Source: Parcubacteria group bacterium
GTDB taxonomy: Bacteria > Patescibacteriota > Minisyncoccia > Moranbacterales > GCA-2747515
Direction of reading: 5' to 3'
Assembly (NCBI GenBank): GCA_041660065.1
Contig: JBAZXC010000006.1
Coordinates: 4,984-68,983, forward strand
Length of the DNA: 64,000 bases
Shown: piece by piece, positions 27,308 through 37,138 of the stretch
How the letters are laid out: each line of letters starts with the position of its first letter
How positions within the stretch are numbered: position 1 is the first letter of the stretch
Notes under the pieces: generated by a model
Databases searched by the model: none
Seen by the model: only the letters and a program-made list of their open reading frames with translations
Told to the model about the DNA's origin: nothing
Position numbers and translations under genes: made by a program

Positions 27308-27373
27308 GGAGCAGGTTTTATAACCTGCTCCAACCTTTTCCACTTTGCAGGAGCAGGTTTTACAACCTGCTCC
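27308..27373. repeat. Two REP hairpins (27308..27331 and 27350..27373), GGAGCAGGTTTT(A/T)(T/C)AACCTGCTCC, immediately 3' of the RAYT gene
   Basis: 10-bp perfect GC-rich stems with 4-nt loops. The same unit recurs at 27967, 28020 and 28742. Confidence 0.75.
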
Positions 27374-27379
27374 GAACTT

Positions 27380-27877
27380 TTATAGCTCATCCACTTTCAG
27401 TTCACATAACTCATTCGCCGAAGACCAATACCAATCTTCCGGCTTCATCACATAATTCTTTCTGACAGGATTATTATGCATATATGTTAACTTATTTTGG
27501 AAAAAAGATTCCAATCCTATACATTTCGGCATATTGGTTTTTTGCCAAAACTCATAATTTCCTTTCTGGTCTAAAAATAACTTCAGAACCGTCGGTTCGT
27601 TTTTAATAAGATTTTTTCTAAATTCTCCGGATGTAAATCGCTTGAAATCGCGTACAAAACCGGACACATCCGGTGACTGAACGATCACGTGAATATGATT
27701 GAGTATAAAAACAAAACCGTATAATTTTAATCCTTTATGTTCTCGACAATATGCGAGAGAATCAGCCAAAATATGCCACCGATGATGACGGTCGAAAAGA
27801 TAATACCATCTTGCAACAGTCATGGTTAAAAAATATATATCTTGATTGAAATCTTTTGATATACGTACTGATGGCAT
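27380..27877 (-). CDS. REP-associated tyrosine transposase (RAYT; IS200/IS605-like Y1 HUH transposase, TnpA_REP)
   Basis: YFLTMTVARWYYLF N-terminus, HUH motif LNHIHVIVQ, catalytic Tyr region NYEFWQK...LTYMHNNPVRKNYVMKPEDWYWSS (Y.H.NPV...PEDW.WSS signature); 165 aa; flanked on both sides by REP hairpins. Confidence 0.75.
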   Translation of the reverse strand: MPSVRISKDFNQDIYFLTMTVARWYYLFDRHHRWHILADSLAYCREHKGLKLYGFVFILNHIHVIVQSPDVSGFVRDFKRFTSGEFRKNLIKNEPTVLKLFLDQKGNYEFWQKTNMPKCIGLESFFQNKLTYMHNNPVRKNYVMKPEDWYWSSANELCELKVDEL

Positions 27878-27966
27878 GAGCCTATTTTAACACAATCACA
27901 AAAACACAAAAGAGGGTTTTTCTATTGGCGGTTTGTTACCTGTGACGGAATATTCACAATTTTGCA

Positions 27967-28043
27967 GGAGCATAGTTGTACTATGCTCCGTAATGTTTAT
28001 TATGTGAGATAAAATGAAAGGAGCAGGTTATAAAACCTGCTCC
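27967..28043. repeat. Two REP hairpins 5' of the RAYT gene: a variant GGAGCATAGTTGTACTATGCTCC (27967..27989) and GGAGCAGGTTATAAAACCTGCTCC (28020..28043)
   Basis: Same architecture as the 3' REPs. The variant copy has compensatory stem changes (CATAG/CTATG). Confidence 0.7.
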
Positions 28044-28049
28044 TGCGAG

Positions 28050-28090
28050 ATAAATTTAAAACCAGACCTCACACGCGTGCGAGATCTGGT
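28050..28090 (-). terminator. Rho-independent terminator for gene 28099..28599
   Basis: CCAGACCTC-ACACGCGTGC-GAGATCTGG hairpin, followed on the minus strand by TTTTAAATTTAT. Confidence 0.5.
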
Positions 28091-28098
28091 ATAGTGTT

Positions 28099-28599
28099 TT
28101 ACATCACTTTATTTGCCACCACCAAATCGGTAGCGGACCCCTCAATATCGAAGTACTTCCGAAGAATTTTAATCTTTTCTTCCAGTTCACCGATGCACTT
28201 TTTGAGATTTTCTTGATCCAAGTTGTTTAATGGATCTGTCGTAAACCCCAACACACCATCCTTGAAGATTCCCGTCGCATGGATGAATTGCAAATTTCTG
28301 ATCATACTATTCCACTCAGAGTTGAGCAAAATTTTAATCTTTTCATCAGAGTCATGATCAATGCCAATCTGGCTTTGTGCAAATTTGAGTATGCGGACCG
28401 AATGCTCCGCATGACTGATCTTTGCGATCTCACTCAAACGATACACGGCAAATGATTTTTTCTCCTCAGCCTGTGACATTGGCTGTGACATTGGCGGCGT
28501 GGAAACAAATGAGACAATAAGTCTGCCTAGAAAAATGCCCAACAACAATGCCAGACCGATAACAAAAAGCCATTTTACTTTTCTCCCTTGATTTTTCAT
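28099..28599 (-). CDS. Hypothetical membrane-anchored protein (166 aa) embedded between REP clusters
   Basis: Start at ATG after AGAGGAGG. MKNQGRKVKWLFVIGLALLLGIFLGRLIVSFV anchor; no recognisable domain. Confidence 0.4.
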   Translation of the reverse strand: MKNQGRKVKWLFVIGLALLLGIFLGRLIVSFVSTPPMSQPMSQAEEKKSFAVYRLSEIAKISHAEHSVRILKFAQSQIGIDHDSDEKIKILLNSEWNSMIRNLQFIHATGIFKDGVLGFTTDPLNNLDQENLKKCIGELEEKIKILRKYFDIEGSATDLVVANKVM

Positions 28600-28741
28600 T
28601 GGATGTAACCTCCTCTTTTTATTGAAAAAATCAACTATATTAAATAACTCCATATGAATTGATACAACCGTCCATTGTACACCTAAATCGTCATTTTGTC
28701 AATATTTCTGCAACATTATTCAATAGTAAAAAAAGCTCGCA

Positions 28742-28765
28742 GGAGCAGGTTTTACAACCTGCTCC
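28742..28765. repeat. REP hairpin (fifth copy), GGAGCAGGTTTTACAACCTGCTCC, with a conserved 3' tail
   Basis: The ~55-nt block GCAGGAGCAGGTTTTACAACCTGCTCCGAACTTTT.ATA.CTCATCCACTTTCA is nearly identical to 27347..27400. Confidence 0.75.
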
Positions 28766-28822
28766 GAACTTTTCATAACTCATCCACTTTCAATTCTCTA
28801 CTCCCCAACTCCTACCCTTATA

Positions 28823-28850
28823 GTCCCGTCGCTCGCGAGCGACGGGACTG
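28823..28850. repeat. Perfect 28-nt palindrome AGTCCCGTCGCTCG|CGAGCGACGGGACT (copy 2 of the GTCGCTCGCGAGCGAC core)
   Basis: Perfectly self-complementary; ~50 nt downstream of ychF; no flanking T-tract on either strand. Confidence 0.6.
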
Positions 28851-28901
28851 ACGCCTAAAATCCTACTACTCCCTAACTTCTACTCCCTACAACCTAAAAA
28901 T

Positions 28902-29954
28902 CTACACTTTAAACTCCACCACATCACCCTCTTGCATGATATAATCTTTGCCCACTGTACGCAGTACACCCGTGTCACGTGCCTTGCTCCAACTCCCCGC
29001 TTCGATCAGTTTCTCCCAATTCACCACATCCGCACGGATAAATCGGTCTTTGAAATCATTGTGAATTGCCGCACCGGCTTCCGGTGCCGTGGAACCTTTT
29101 TTGATCGTCCATGCACGCGTTTCCACTTCGCCTGTTGTGAGAAATGTCTGCAGTCCGAGCAGTTCAAAAGATTTTGTAATGAGATCTTGCAGATGCGATC
29201 GCATACCGAGCTCTTCCGCTTCTTTTTTGCTCATCTCCATGAGCTCCTCTTCGATCTTGATGTCCAGTGCGACATGCGGTCGCGCGAGAAGTTTTGGATC
29301 CAATGCTGCGTCAAGGTCGGAGACGTTGTACACATACATGATCGGTTTCATCGTGAGGAGACTCATCTCTTGTATGATCTTTTTTGTCGGCTCATGCGTC
29401 AGATCAACCACAACTGTTCGCGCCAACTTTCCACTGTCCAGTGCATCTTTGATCTTTTGTACAATTTCTTTTTGTGCAGGTGCATCTTTATCATTCCCGC
29501 GTGCCAATTTTTCCAATCGCACGAGCGTCTTGTCCACTGTCACCATATCAGCGAGGATGAGTTCCATTTCGATGATCTCAATATCTCTCTCCGGATCGAC
29601 AATGTCATGCACGTGCGTGATCGTCTCCTTGACGAACACACGCACCACTTGCACGATCGCATCCACCTGACGAATATTCGCGAGAAATTTATTGCCCAAA
29701 CCCTCTCCCTCTGATGCACCCTTGACCAATCCTGCAATATCCACGAACTCGATGATCGTCGGCACAAGCTTCGTACAACCCGTAAGGTCTGCCAATCTCT
29801 GCAATCGCTCATCCGGCACAGTGACCACGCCGACATTCGGCTCGATCGTACAAAACGGATAGTTGCTGATGTCAACCTGCTTTTGTGTCAATGCTTTAAA
29901 AAGTGTGGACTTCCCGACATTCGGCAGTCCGACGATCCCTACTTGTAATCCCAT
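28902..29954 (-). CDS. ychF: Ribosome-binding ATPase YchF/Ola1 (Obg-family GTPase/ATPase with TGS domain)
   Basis: [15 protein letters not shown]-loop, NKFL and DAIVQVVR motifs, C-terminal TGS-like domain; 350 aa. Confidence 0.8.
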   Translation of the reverse strand: MGLQVGIVGLPNVGKSTLFKALTQKQVDISNYPFCTIEPNVGVVTVPDERLQRLADLTGCTKLVPTIIEFVDIAGLVKGASEGEGLGNKFLANIRQVDAIVQVVRVFVKETITHVHDIVDPERDIEIIEMELILADMVTVDKTLVRLEKLARGNDKDAPAQKEIVQKIKDALDSGKLARTVVVDLTHEPTKKIIQEMSLLTMKPIMYVYNVSDLDAALDPKLLARPHVALDIKIEEELMEMSKKEAEELGMRSHLQDLITKSFELLGLQTFLTTGEVETRAWTIKKGSTAPEAGAAIHNDFKDRFIRADVVNWEKLIEAGSWSKARDTGVLRTVGKDYIMQEGDVVEFKV

Positions 29955-29957
29955 AAA

Positions 29958-30653
29958 CTAAACGCTCTTATAATATTTAACCACATCGTCAAATCCGTGT
30001 GCCACATGATCCGCTACGTCCATTACCTTGTCCCGCATCATGTGCTCTACAAATGCCACGAAATGATCTGCCGCTCCGGATTGCTTTACTTCATAATCCG
30101 TCCATCCATCCCCCACCATAATGACCTTACCCCCCAATTGCAACTGCTTCACCTGCAATGCCTTCCCTGACGGCTTGACCAAACAACTGTTCACATCATA
30201 GCCGATCACCTCCCCACGATCATCAAAGGCAAAACTATTTGCATGTACGTTCTGCGCATCGATCCCCAGTTCTGTCGCAACGGGTATGATGAAATCATAA
30301 AACCCCCCTGAGATGATATGAATGTTTTTATGATACTTTTTCAAAAAATCCCGATTCTTGAGTACCGACACCGTCACTGCGCGCATCACATGATCTTTGA
30401 ATGCCGTAATATCATCTCTGTGCAAATGCATCAATGCCAACCGCTGACTCAGAGACTGTGCAAAACTGATCTCACCTTGCATGCCCATTTCGGTGATCTC
30501 TTCGATCTTTTGTGCCAAGTCAACATCATATCCCGTGCGGCGCATCACAAACTTCGCCAGTTCATCCAGCGTTTCGATCGACACGATCGTACTGTCAAAA
30601 TCACAAATTAAATGTTTTTGCATAAAAATATATTTATGTTCTTCATTGTTCAT
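29958..30653 (-). CDS. serB: Phosphoserine phosphatase-like HAD hydrolase
   Basis: LICDFDSTI (DxDST motif I) near the N-terminus, GDGWTD motif IV. The true start may be Met11 (MQKHLICDFD). Confidence 0.6.
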   Translation of the reverse strand: MNNEEHKYIFMQKHLICDFDSTIVSIETLDELAKFVMRRTGYDVDLAQKIEEITEMGMQGEISFAQSLSQRLALMHLHRDDITAFKDHVMRAVTVSVLKNRDFLKKYHKNIHIISGGFYDFIIPVATELGIDAQNVHANSFAFDDRGEVIGYDVNSCLVKPSGKALQVKQLQLGGKVIMVGDGWTDYEVKQSGAADHFVAFVEHMMRDKVMDVADHVAHGFDDVVKYYKSV

Positions 30654-30708
30654 TATACACTACTCATTCTACTCGGATTGTGTCGGAAAATTCACAGATT
30701 GTCAATAT

Positions 30709-30782
30709 AAAATAAAAAAAGTCCGGGAAGAACTTATAAGATGATGTTCTGAACATTGTCAGATCTTATAGTCCTTACCCGG
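30709..30782 (-). terminator. Long-hairpin rho-independent terminator downstream of gene 30963..31826
   Basis: GTCCGGGAAG...CTTACCCGG extended imperfect stem, followed on the minus strand by CTTTTTTTATTTT. Confidence 0.5.
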
Positions 30783-30962
30783 AGCAGAAATCAGCGCAAA
30801 CTTGGCACTGACCATTTCCGACACAGTCGGATGTCCCACATAATTGCCCGTGGAAGACGACCAAGAAATGCAAAAATTTTTTTAATGTACTTCATCACAA
30901 ACCTCCCATTGTTAAGATTGCAGTATTTTCTAACACAAAAGTACCATGATTTGATTCAAAAG

Positions 30963-31826
30963 TCAACCTTTTTGATAGCAGCAATTTGGATACTTCTGTG
31001 CCAGTATTTCCAATTGATCGATCCAGTACATCTCTTCCACCGGCATCGATTCAAATGCCACATACGGCAATGAAAGACCGCCCGTCACATTGAACCAGAA
31101 CCACGCGAACGCCTCCAAATTACTACGCACCAACTTATAACTATTCCAATCCCTGCGAATCCGTTTCATCACATCATAATCGATCTTGACAATCTTGATG
31201 TGCGAATGAAGGAGTTCGACCAACATAATGATATATTCCTGCTGATCGGGAATCCGATGGCAAAATGTGCACAGATCATCAATATAGATCCGTATCCCTG
31301 TTTTTTTGCACACGTATGCCAGCTGTTGCATGGCGTGTGGCGATAATTGTGCATTTTCCTTGAGTTCCACATTTATCGGCACATTATCGCATGTGGAAAG
31401 AATCTCACACACTTCATTCCATGATCCCTCTGGACTTTCCAGATTTACCGAAAAGTACTGCCCCGGAATAACGTCCATGCTCCGGATGAACTCAACTTGC
31501 CAACGCAAAAGTAATGGGAACATTTTTTCCATCTTTTCTGCAGGCATCTCATTGAACGCCTTGCCTATGAGAAACTGTGGCAACAATTCCGGCTCACACC
31601 GCGTAAGAAGTTCTCCACCCAGATTTTGATATGCGATTTTTGGTATATTCTTACCTCGCGATATGTCGAGCACGCGTTGCGCTCGTATGCGCCATCTCCG
31701 ATCGATCGTAACCAGATCACCAATATGCGGAATCAATCGTTCTGGATAGTGCATCACAACATCGTATAACACCTCCCATGGTTCACAGTAGTTATCGTAG
31801 ACACTTTTTGGTTTATTCATCATCAC
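30963..31826 (-). CDS. Hypothetical protein (287 aa)
   Basis: Long ORF with no motif I can assign. Confidence 0.35.
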   Translation of the reverse strand: MMMNKPKSVYDNYCEPWEVLYDVVMHYPERLIPHIGDLVTIDRRWRIRAQRVLDISRGKNIPKIAYQNLGGELLTRCEPELLPQFLIGKAFNEMPAEKMEKMFPLLLRWQVEFIRSMDVIPGQYFSVNLESPEGSWNEVCEILSTCDNVPINVELKENAQLSPHAMQQLAYVCKKTGIRIYIDDLCTFCHRIPDQQEYIIMLVELLHSHIKIVKIDYDVMKRIRRDWNSYKLVRSNLEAFAWFWFNVTGGLSLPYVAFESMPVEEMYWIDQLEILAQKYPNCCYQKG

Positions 31827-31972
31827 CGCTCCTTAAGTTAGGTTGATGTATATTTTTTTGTTAATGATACTGATGTGATGTTATATCACAAAACATGTCA
31901 TTTGTAAATGGTGTATTTTTTCATTTTATATTCAGTGTTATACTTATCATATATCATTAAACACACCAAACT

Positions 31973-33310
31973 ATGCACCAAGAAATTTTTAAAGCATATG
32001 ACGTCCGCGGGATCTATCCTACGGAAATTGATGAGGATGCTGTTTACAAGATCGGTCATGCCGTTGTCGCAGAGCTCAGCGCCAAAACACTTGCCGTCGG
32101 ACGTGATGCGCGCGAATCCGGTCCGTCACTTCACACGGCTCTTCTCAATGGGATCACGGATGCTGGTTGTGATGTGGTTGACTTGGATATGATCACGACA
32201 CCGATGCTCTATTATTCTTCCCATGCACTTGATGTAGATGGTGCAGTTTCTGTCACGGCATCTCATAATCCGGGAGAATATAACGGCGTAAAGATCTGTC
32301 GCAGAGATGCCCAACCTGTCGGCAGTGCGACCGGACTCAACGACATCCGCGACGCAGTGATCGCCGGCACATTCACAAAATCCCACAGAAAAGGAACCGT
32401 CACCACATACAACATCCGCCCATCATACTATGAATACTTCAGTAAATTTGCTGCATTTGGAGATAAAAAATTCACGATCGTTGTGGACTGTGCCAACACC
32501 ATGGGTGTGCTAGAGCTTCCTTTTTACAAAAAATATTTTGCCGATAATTTCAACGTGATCGAGCTTTACTGCGACCTCACCAATGCATACAATGCACACG
32601 AGGCGAATCCACTGAAAACAGAAACGTTGCGAGAACTCCAAGAAAAAGTCATCGCCGAAAAGGCAGACCTCGGCATTGCCTATGACGGTGACGCCGATCG
32701 CATCGGATTTGTGGATGAGACTGGTGCAGTAATTCCTATGGATCTCACGACAGGGCTCATTGCTAAAGTGCTCCTTGAAAACAATATTGGCGCAACCATT
32801 CTCTATGATCTGCGATCATCGCGCGCAGTCAAAGAAGTGATCGAGGAGAGCGGTGGCATCGCACACGAATGTCGTGTGGGTCACGCATTTATCAAAGCGC
32901 AGATGCGTGAAGAAAACGCCCTCTTTTCCGGCGAACTATCCGGTCATTATTATTTCCAAGCAAACAAAAATGGTGAAGTAAGCACTCTCGCCGCATTCAC
33001 ATTGCTCAACTTGATGGCACAAACCGGTCAAAAAATCTCCGAACTCGTCGCTAACCTAAGACGCTATGCACACAGTGGAGAAATTAATTCCGAAGTGCAT
33101 GACAAGGATGCCGTCATTGCAACGCTCAAAGAAAAATTCAGCGACGGCACACTCAGCGAGCTCGATGGTATCAAAATCGATTACCCCGATTGGTGGTTCA
33201 ACGTCCGTCCGTCCAACACCGAACCCGTTCTCCGACTTAATTGTGAAGCAAAAACGCAAGAAATAATGGAACAAAAACGTGATGAACTCCTCGCAATCAT
33301 TCGCAGCTAA
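31973..33310 (+). CDS. Phosphomannomutase/phosphoglucomutase (alpha-D-phosphohexomutase family)
   Basis: TASHNPGEYNGVKI active-site Ser loop, GIAYDGDADR metal-binding loop, sugar-binding GEQSGH-like loop; 445 aa. Confidence 0.8.
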   Translation: MHQEIFKAYDVRGIYPTEIDEDAVYKIGHAVVAELSAKTLAVGRDARESGPSLHTALLNGITDAGCDVVDLDMITTPMLYYSSHALDVDGAVSVTASHNPGEYNGVKICRRDAQPVGSATGLNDIRDAVIAGTFTKSHRKGTVTTYNIRPSYYEYFSKFAAFGDKKFTIVVDCANTMGVLELPFYKKYFADNFNVIELYCDLTNAYNAHEANPLKTETLRELQEKVIAEKADLGIAYDGDADRIGFVDETGAVIPMDLTTGLIAKVLLENNIGATILYDLRSSRAVKEVIEESGGIAHECRVGHAFIKAQMREENALFSGELSGHYYFQANKNGEVSTLAAFTLLNLMAQTGQKISELVANLRRYAHSGEINSEVHDKDAVIATLKEKFSDGTLSELDGIKIDYPDWWFNVRPSNTEPVLRLNCEAKTQEIMEQKRDELLAIIRS

Positions 33311-33502
33311 AGCAGTTTTATACAAACAATATTATCACCAAAAAAAACTGTGACTTGTACTCATGGTCAATGTACCGTCATTGCAATCCGCCTTGTGTGA
33401 AGAAAAATCTACCTACCGTTAGACAGGAAATCTTTTTGCAATATGCACCATTAGCCCCCTGTCATTCCCATGAAAACGGGAATCTATTTTCTCGTTTATG
33501 TG

Positions 33503-33958
33503 CTACTGCACACCACGCTCAATTCTCTGTGCAGAAATCAGTTGTTTAACGATTTTTTCAACTTCCAATTTTGATGAAACATTCGATGCAGGTACAAGGA
33601 ATTTTTCAAAGACCACTTTATCAACGTCATCATATATTATCAAAGATTGCTCTTCATTTTTACTAATCATTGTCCCCATCAAAATACGATGCGTAATATG
33701 TCTCGACACTTCCCATTTATCCATGTTTCCAAAAAAAGCCGTATGAACTTCTTTGAAAACTTCATAGCAGTACTCCAGATCCTGCTCTGCGATGTGTATA
33801 ACACGTTCACGCAACTGCGCTCCTTCATTATACATTTCCTCTGCTTCTTCAAACGTCAATTTTTTTTGACCCTCAGATTTATTTTTATCAAGATTGCCAA
33901 TATTATTATTTTTGTGCAAATTTACCTGCATCTGTGTTTCAAACTTTTTCCCCTCCAT
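33503..33958 (-). CDS. Hypothetical protein (151 aa)
   Basis: ORF convergent with the PMM/PGM gene; no motif recognised. Confidence 0.35.
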   Translation of the reverse strand: MEGKKFETQMQVNLHKNNNIGNLDKNKSEGQKKLTFEEAEEMYNEGAQLRERVIHIAEQDLEYCYEVFKEVHTAFFGNMDKWEVSRHITHRILMGTMISKNEEQSLIIYDDVDKVVFEKFLVPASNVSSKLEVEKIVKQLISAQRIERGVQ

Positions 33959-33978
33959 AATTTTTATTTTTTTCTAAC

Positions 33979-35118
33979 TTAAATGATAAAGCCCACCTTT
34001 TCTTTCACTTCCCGTATTTTCTTTTCCGCGATCTTCTCTGCTCGCCTTGCACCATCATGCAAAACTTGTAATGCATCCTCATCACTTATTGCCTGCATGC
34101 GTTCTTGAAAAGGTGTAAGGAAGTTCACGATCACTTCCGCGAGATTATTTTTGAAGTCGCCATACCGCTTGCCTACAAATTTCTGTTCCACTCCCTGCGC
34201 AGTCATACCTGCAAGAATTGCATAAATATTGATGAGATTTTTGAGTGCCGGTTTTTCATCACGGTATACGATCTCTTCCCCGCTATCCGTCACCGCTTTG
34301 CGGATCTTTTTGCGCACACTCTCCGCATCATCCATGAGAGAAATATAATTATACTCACTCGCAGCAGACTTACTCATTTTTTTCTCCGGATTATCCAGTC
34401 CCATAATCATCTTTCCTTCTTCTTTGACAAAGTATTCCGGCACAACAAATGTCTCACCAAATCGTTTATTAAATCGTCGTGCAAGCGTCCGTGCAAGTTC
34501 TACATGTTGCACCTGATCCTGTCCCACCGGTACAGTCTGTGTATCGTAAAGTAAAATATCTCCAGCCATTAAGACAGGGTAATCAAAAAGCCCCATGCCA
34601 GCAGAATTAAATCTTTCCTTTATAAATTTTTGAAAAACATCAGCTGCGGTTTGTGCAGTGATTTTATATACCTGTTGTTTCGTCAAATCATTCGTTGAAT
34701 TTCCTACTACTATTTCTTCAAGCTTTCTTTCTGACTGCTCTTTAATGAAAGGAACAATTGCCTCGACATCCATTCCAGTTTTATCCTTAAACTGTGTCAT
34801 TTTTGTCAAATCACCATTCTGTGTAATAGTATTCAAAATCCAACACAATTCCGCATGTGCTTTGACATGCGACTGAATAAAGATCGTGGACTTCTCTGGA
34901 TCGATCCCTGCCGCGAGATAGATCTTTGCGATCTCAATTGTTTTCTTTTTTAAAATTTCCGGATCTTGCGGTACAGTGATCGCGTGCATATCCACGACAC
35001 AAAAAATTGATTCATATTCATCCTGCATATCCACCCAATTCTTGATCGCACCAAGATAATTCCCGATATGCAAATTACCACTCGGTTGTATCCCCGAAAA
35101 AATTCTTTTCTTTGTCAT
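33979..35118 (-). CDS. trpS: Tryptophan--tRNA ligase
   Basis: GIQPSGNLHIGNYLGAI (HIGH region), KMSKS motif; 379 aa with insertions relative to minimal TrpS. Confidence 0.8.
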   Translation of the reverse strand: MTKKRIFSGIQPSGNLHIGNYLGAIKNWVDMQDEYESIFCVVDMHAITVPQDPEILKKKTIEIAKIYLAAGIDPEKSTIFIQSHVKAHAELCWILNTITQNGDLTKMTQFKDKTGMDVEAIVPFIKEQSERKLEEIVVGNSTNDLTKQQVYKITAQTAADVFQKFIKERFNSAGMGLFDYPVLMAGDILLYDTQTVPVGQDQVQHVELARTLARRFNKRFGETFVVPEYFVKEEGKMIMGLDNPEKKMSKSAASEYNYISLMDDAESVRKKIRKAVTDSGEEIVYRDEKPALKNLINIYAILAGMTAQGVEQKFVGKRYGDFKNNLAEVIVNFLTPFQERMQAISDEDALQVLHDGARRAEKIAEKKIREVKEKVGFII

Positions 35119-35180
35119 AAATTTTTTTAAAATAAAATCATACTACTATATCAATATAGTAGTATTTTAACGATCACTTG

Positions 35181-35213
35181 TCCATAAAACCCCTGTACCA
35201 GTACGGTACAGGG
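35181..35213 (-). terminator. Rho-independent terminator downstream of the BNR/FN3 protein gene
   Basis: CCCTGTACC-GTAC-GGTACAGGG stem, followed on the minus strand by GTTTTATGG. A second GC hairpin (TGCCTGCCGGTAGGCAGG) lies nearby. Confidence 0.5.
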
Positions 35214-35338
35214 CACAGCCCTTTACATACTTTTTATTTGTTACTTTTTCCGCCCAAGGTGCCTGCCGGTAGGCAGGGTGGACAGGGATCAGCCTTTGAC
35301 TGAAACTTTTGATTTTATATTTTTGATCTTTGATTTTA

Positions 35339-37138
35339 TTATGGTCTGCCCGCAGCCGTATACGTCACTGATCCTTCGTATTCTCCTGCGATCTGTGTGC
35401 TGGGGACATTGACGCGGTAGCAGATCTCTGTATCTGTGTGGGTGTTGCTGTAGGTTGTGTGTCTCATGATGTCTGTTGTGGTGTGCGGGATACCGGCGTA
35501 GAGTTGATCTGGATCATCACACGTTGTGCCTGTGCCCCACCATGATTCATTCTTTGTGGCTGTGGAGTTTAGGATACCAAAGCCTAGTCCTGTTGTTGTG
35601 AAGGTTTGTGCATTGGGGGTTGCGGGGTCCCATGGGGTTTTGTCTTGGATCTGTCCGTCACTTGTAGCTGATTGTGTTGTGTGATAGAGGGTGTTGTCTG
35701 ATCCTCTGTCATTGGTGAGTTGGAGATCGTAGCCATTGTCATCGTTTGTGGTGACGGTGCAGGTTGTGGTGTTTGACTGTGGGGTTTGGGGTATGAGTGT
35801 GGAACCATTGTCGATGTCTACATCTGTGCCACAGTCGAGTGTAAGGTTTTCTCCGATGGTTGCGGAGATGTTGTTTGATCCTGATTCGTTTATTTGTAAA
35901 GTTTGAAAGCTTGTTTCATCACTGGAGGTTGTGCCTGCACTGTTTGTTGCGTAGGCTTGGACGTAATATGTTGTGCCTGGGGTGAGGTTTGTGAGAGTGC
36001 AGGAGTAGTCTCCGACTCCTCCTGTTCCTGCGGAACAGGAGTCCGTGTAGTTACCACTTTCTGTACCCCAGTGGATGAGACGTTCTGGGTCTTCGCCTCC
36101 TGTTTCTGTGATTGTGCCGTTTCCTGTAGCTGTGGTGTCTGTGATGGAGGTGGGGGATGGGGTTTGGGTGGGGAGGGTGGGAGAAACAACGGGTGGAGTC
36201 GCATCCATCGCAGTCATAATAAATCCAGAGAAAGCTACAGCAACAAGTTGACTGTCACCATACACAATGGCATATCCATATTCGCTACTCTGAGACATCG
36301 TATATTCATCCCAATTGACACCATCAGAGGATACCATGTATATATTATTATCCGCCAAAACAACAAATTGATCTCCTCCATAACCTACCACACTCCAATT
36401 TATAGTCACTGGCAATGAAGGCGTCGCCCATGTAGTGCCACCATCAGAAGATGTATAAATTGTACTGCCTCCAGCTTCTGTGACAACAAAAAGACCATTT
36501 CCATAGGCAATTGAACCAAGACCACCGCTTGTCCCAGAAACAGTATGATCCGTCCAATTGATCCCATTAGATGACGTAGCCACAGTATGCGACATGCCGT
36601 CCAGAGCAACAAATACTCCATCACCATATGCCATCGCATCCCAATCAAGCCCCGACATTGTACCACTATATTGCGTCCAATTTATACCATCTATTGATAC
36701 AGCGACTTTGGACATGTATGATTCGGTCGCTACAAAAATGCCATTACCGTATTCTAATTCATACCAATAATAATCTGTAAGTGTTGCAGAATGTGTCCAA
36801 TTTACACCATCAGGCGATGTGAGAACATAACCGTCATCTTGAGAAAGAAGCACAAAAACACCGTTACCATAGACAACCGTCTGCCAGTCATGCGACAACG
36901 GCAAATTCCTGTGTGTCCAATTTACACCATCAGGCGATGTATAATAATCAGAACCAGTAACGCTTCGAACTGCAACATACATCCCATTTCCATAGGCGAC
37001 TGTTCCATACGATGTTCCAATTCCCGTCACCTGCGTATTCCACTCAAGCTCGGCTGCACTAACATTATAAGTAATCCCCATACAGCCAATCATAACTGTC
37101 ATAAAAGCCACATACAAAAATATCTCTTTATTTTTCAT
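35339..37138 (-). CDS. Secreted BNR/Asp-box repeat beta-propeller protein with a fibronectin type III domain
   Basis: Signal peptide. Seven or more repeats of YGNG.FVA...S.DG.NWT (Asp-box S-x-D-G-x-x-W). FN3-like segment (GTTYYVQAYATNSAGTTSSDETSFQT). 599 aa. Confidence 0.6.
   Translation of the reverse strand: MKNKEIFLYVAFMTVMIGCMGITYNVSAAELEWNTQVTGIGTSYGTVAYGNGMYVAVRSVTGSDYYTSPDGVNWTHRNLPLSHDWQTVVYGNGVFVLLSQDDGYVLTSPDGVNWTHSATLTDYYWYELEYGNGIFVATESYMSKVAVSIDGINWTQYSGTMSGLDWDAMAYGDGVFVALDGMSHTVATSSNGINWTDHTVSGTSGGLGSIAYGNGLFVVTEAGGSTIYTSSDGGTTWATPSLPVTINWSVVGYGGDQFVVLADNNIYMVSSDGVNWDEYTMSQSSEYGYAIVYGDSQLVAVAFSGFIMTAMDATPPVVSPTLPTQTPSPTSITDTTATGNGTITETGGEDPERLIHWGTESGNYTDSCSAGTGGVGDYSCTLTNLTPGTTYYVQAYATNSAGTTSSDETSFQTLQINESGSNNISATIGENLTLDCGTDVDIDNGSTLIPQTPQSNTTTCTVTTNDDNGYDLQLTNDRGSDNTLYHTTQSATSDGQIQDKTPWDPATPNAQTFTTTGLGFGILNSTATKNESWWGTGTTCDDPDQLYAGIPHTTTDIMRHTTYSNTHTDTEICYRVNVPSTQIAGEYEGSVTYTAAGRP

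Noticed and set aside
28932-29714. 260-aa and 193-aa plus-strand ORFs opposite ychF
   Set aside because: Antisense shadow ORFs with Cys/His/Phe-rich low-complexity translations.
30718-30790. AAAGTCCGGGAAG...CTTACCCGGAGC resembles the universally conserved P4 strands of RNase P RNA (GGAAAGUCCGGGC / ACAGAA.CCGGCUUA)
   Set aside because: The two halves are only ~55 nt apart and simply pair with each other as one long hairpin, followed by a T-tract on the minus strand. No other RNase P conserved regions (P10-P12, CR-II/III) are present. Interpreted as an intrinsic terminator.
35584-36204. Pro/Gln-rich ORFs in an alternate frame within the BNR/FN3 protein gene
   Set aside because: Same-strand alternate frames of a Thr/Gly/Ser-rich coding region. 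No start-site signals.
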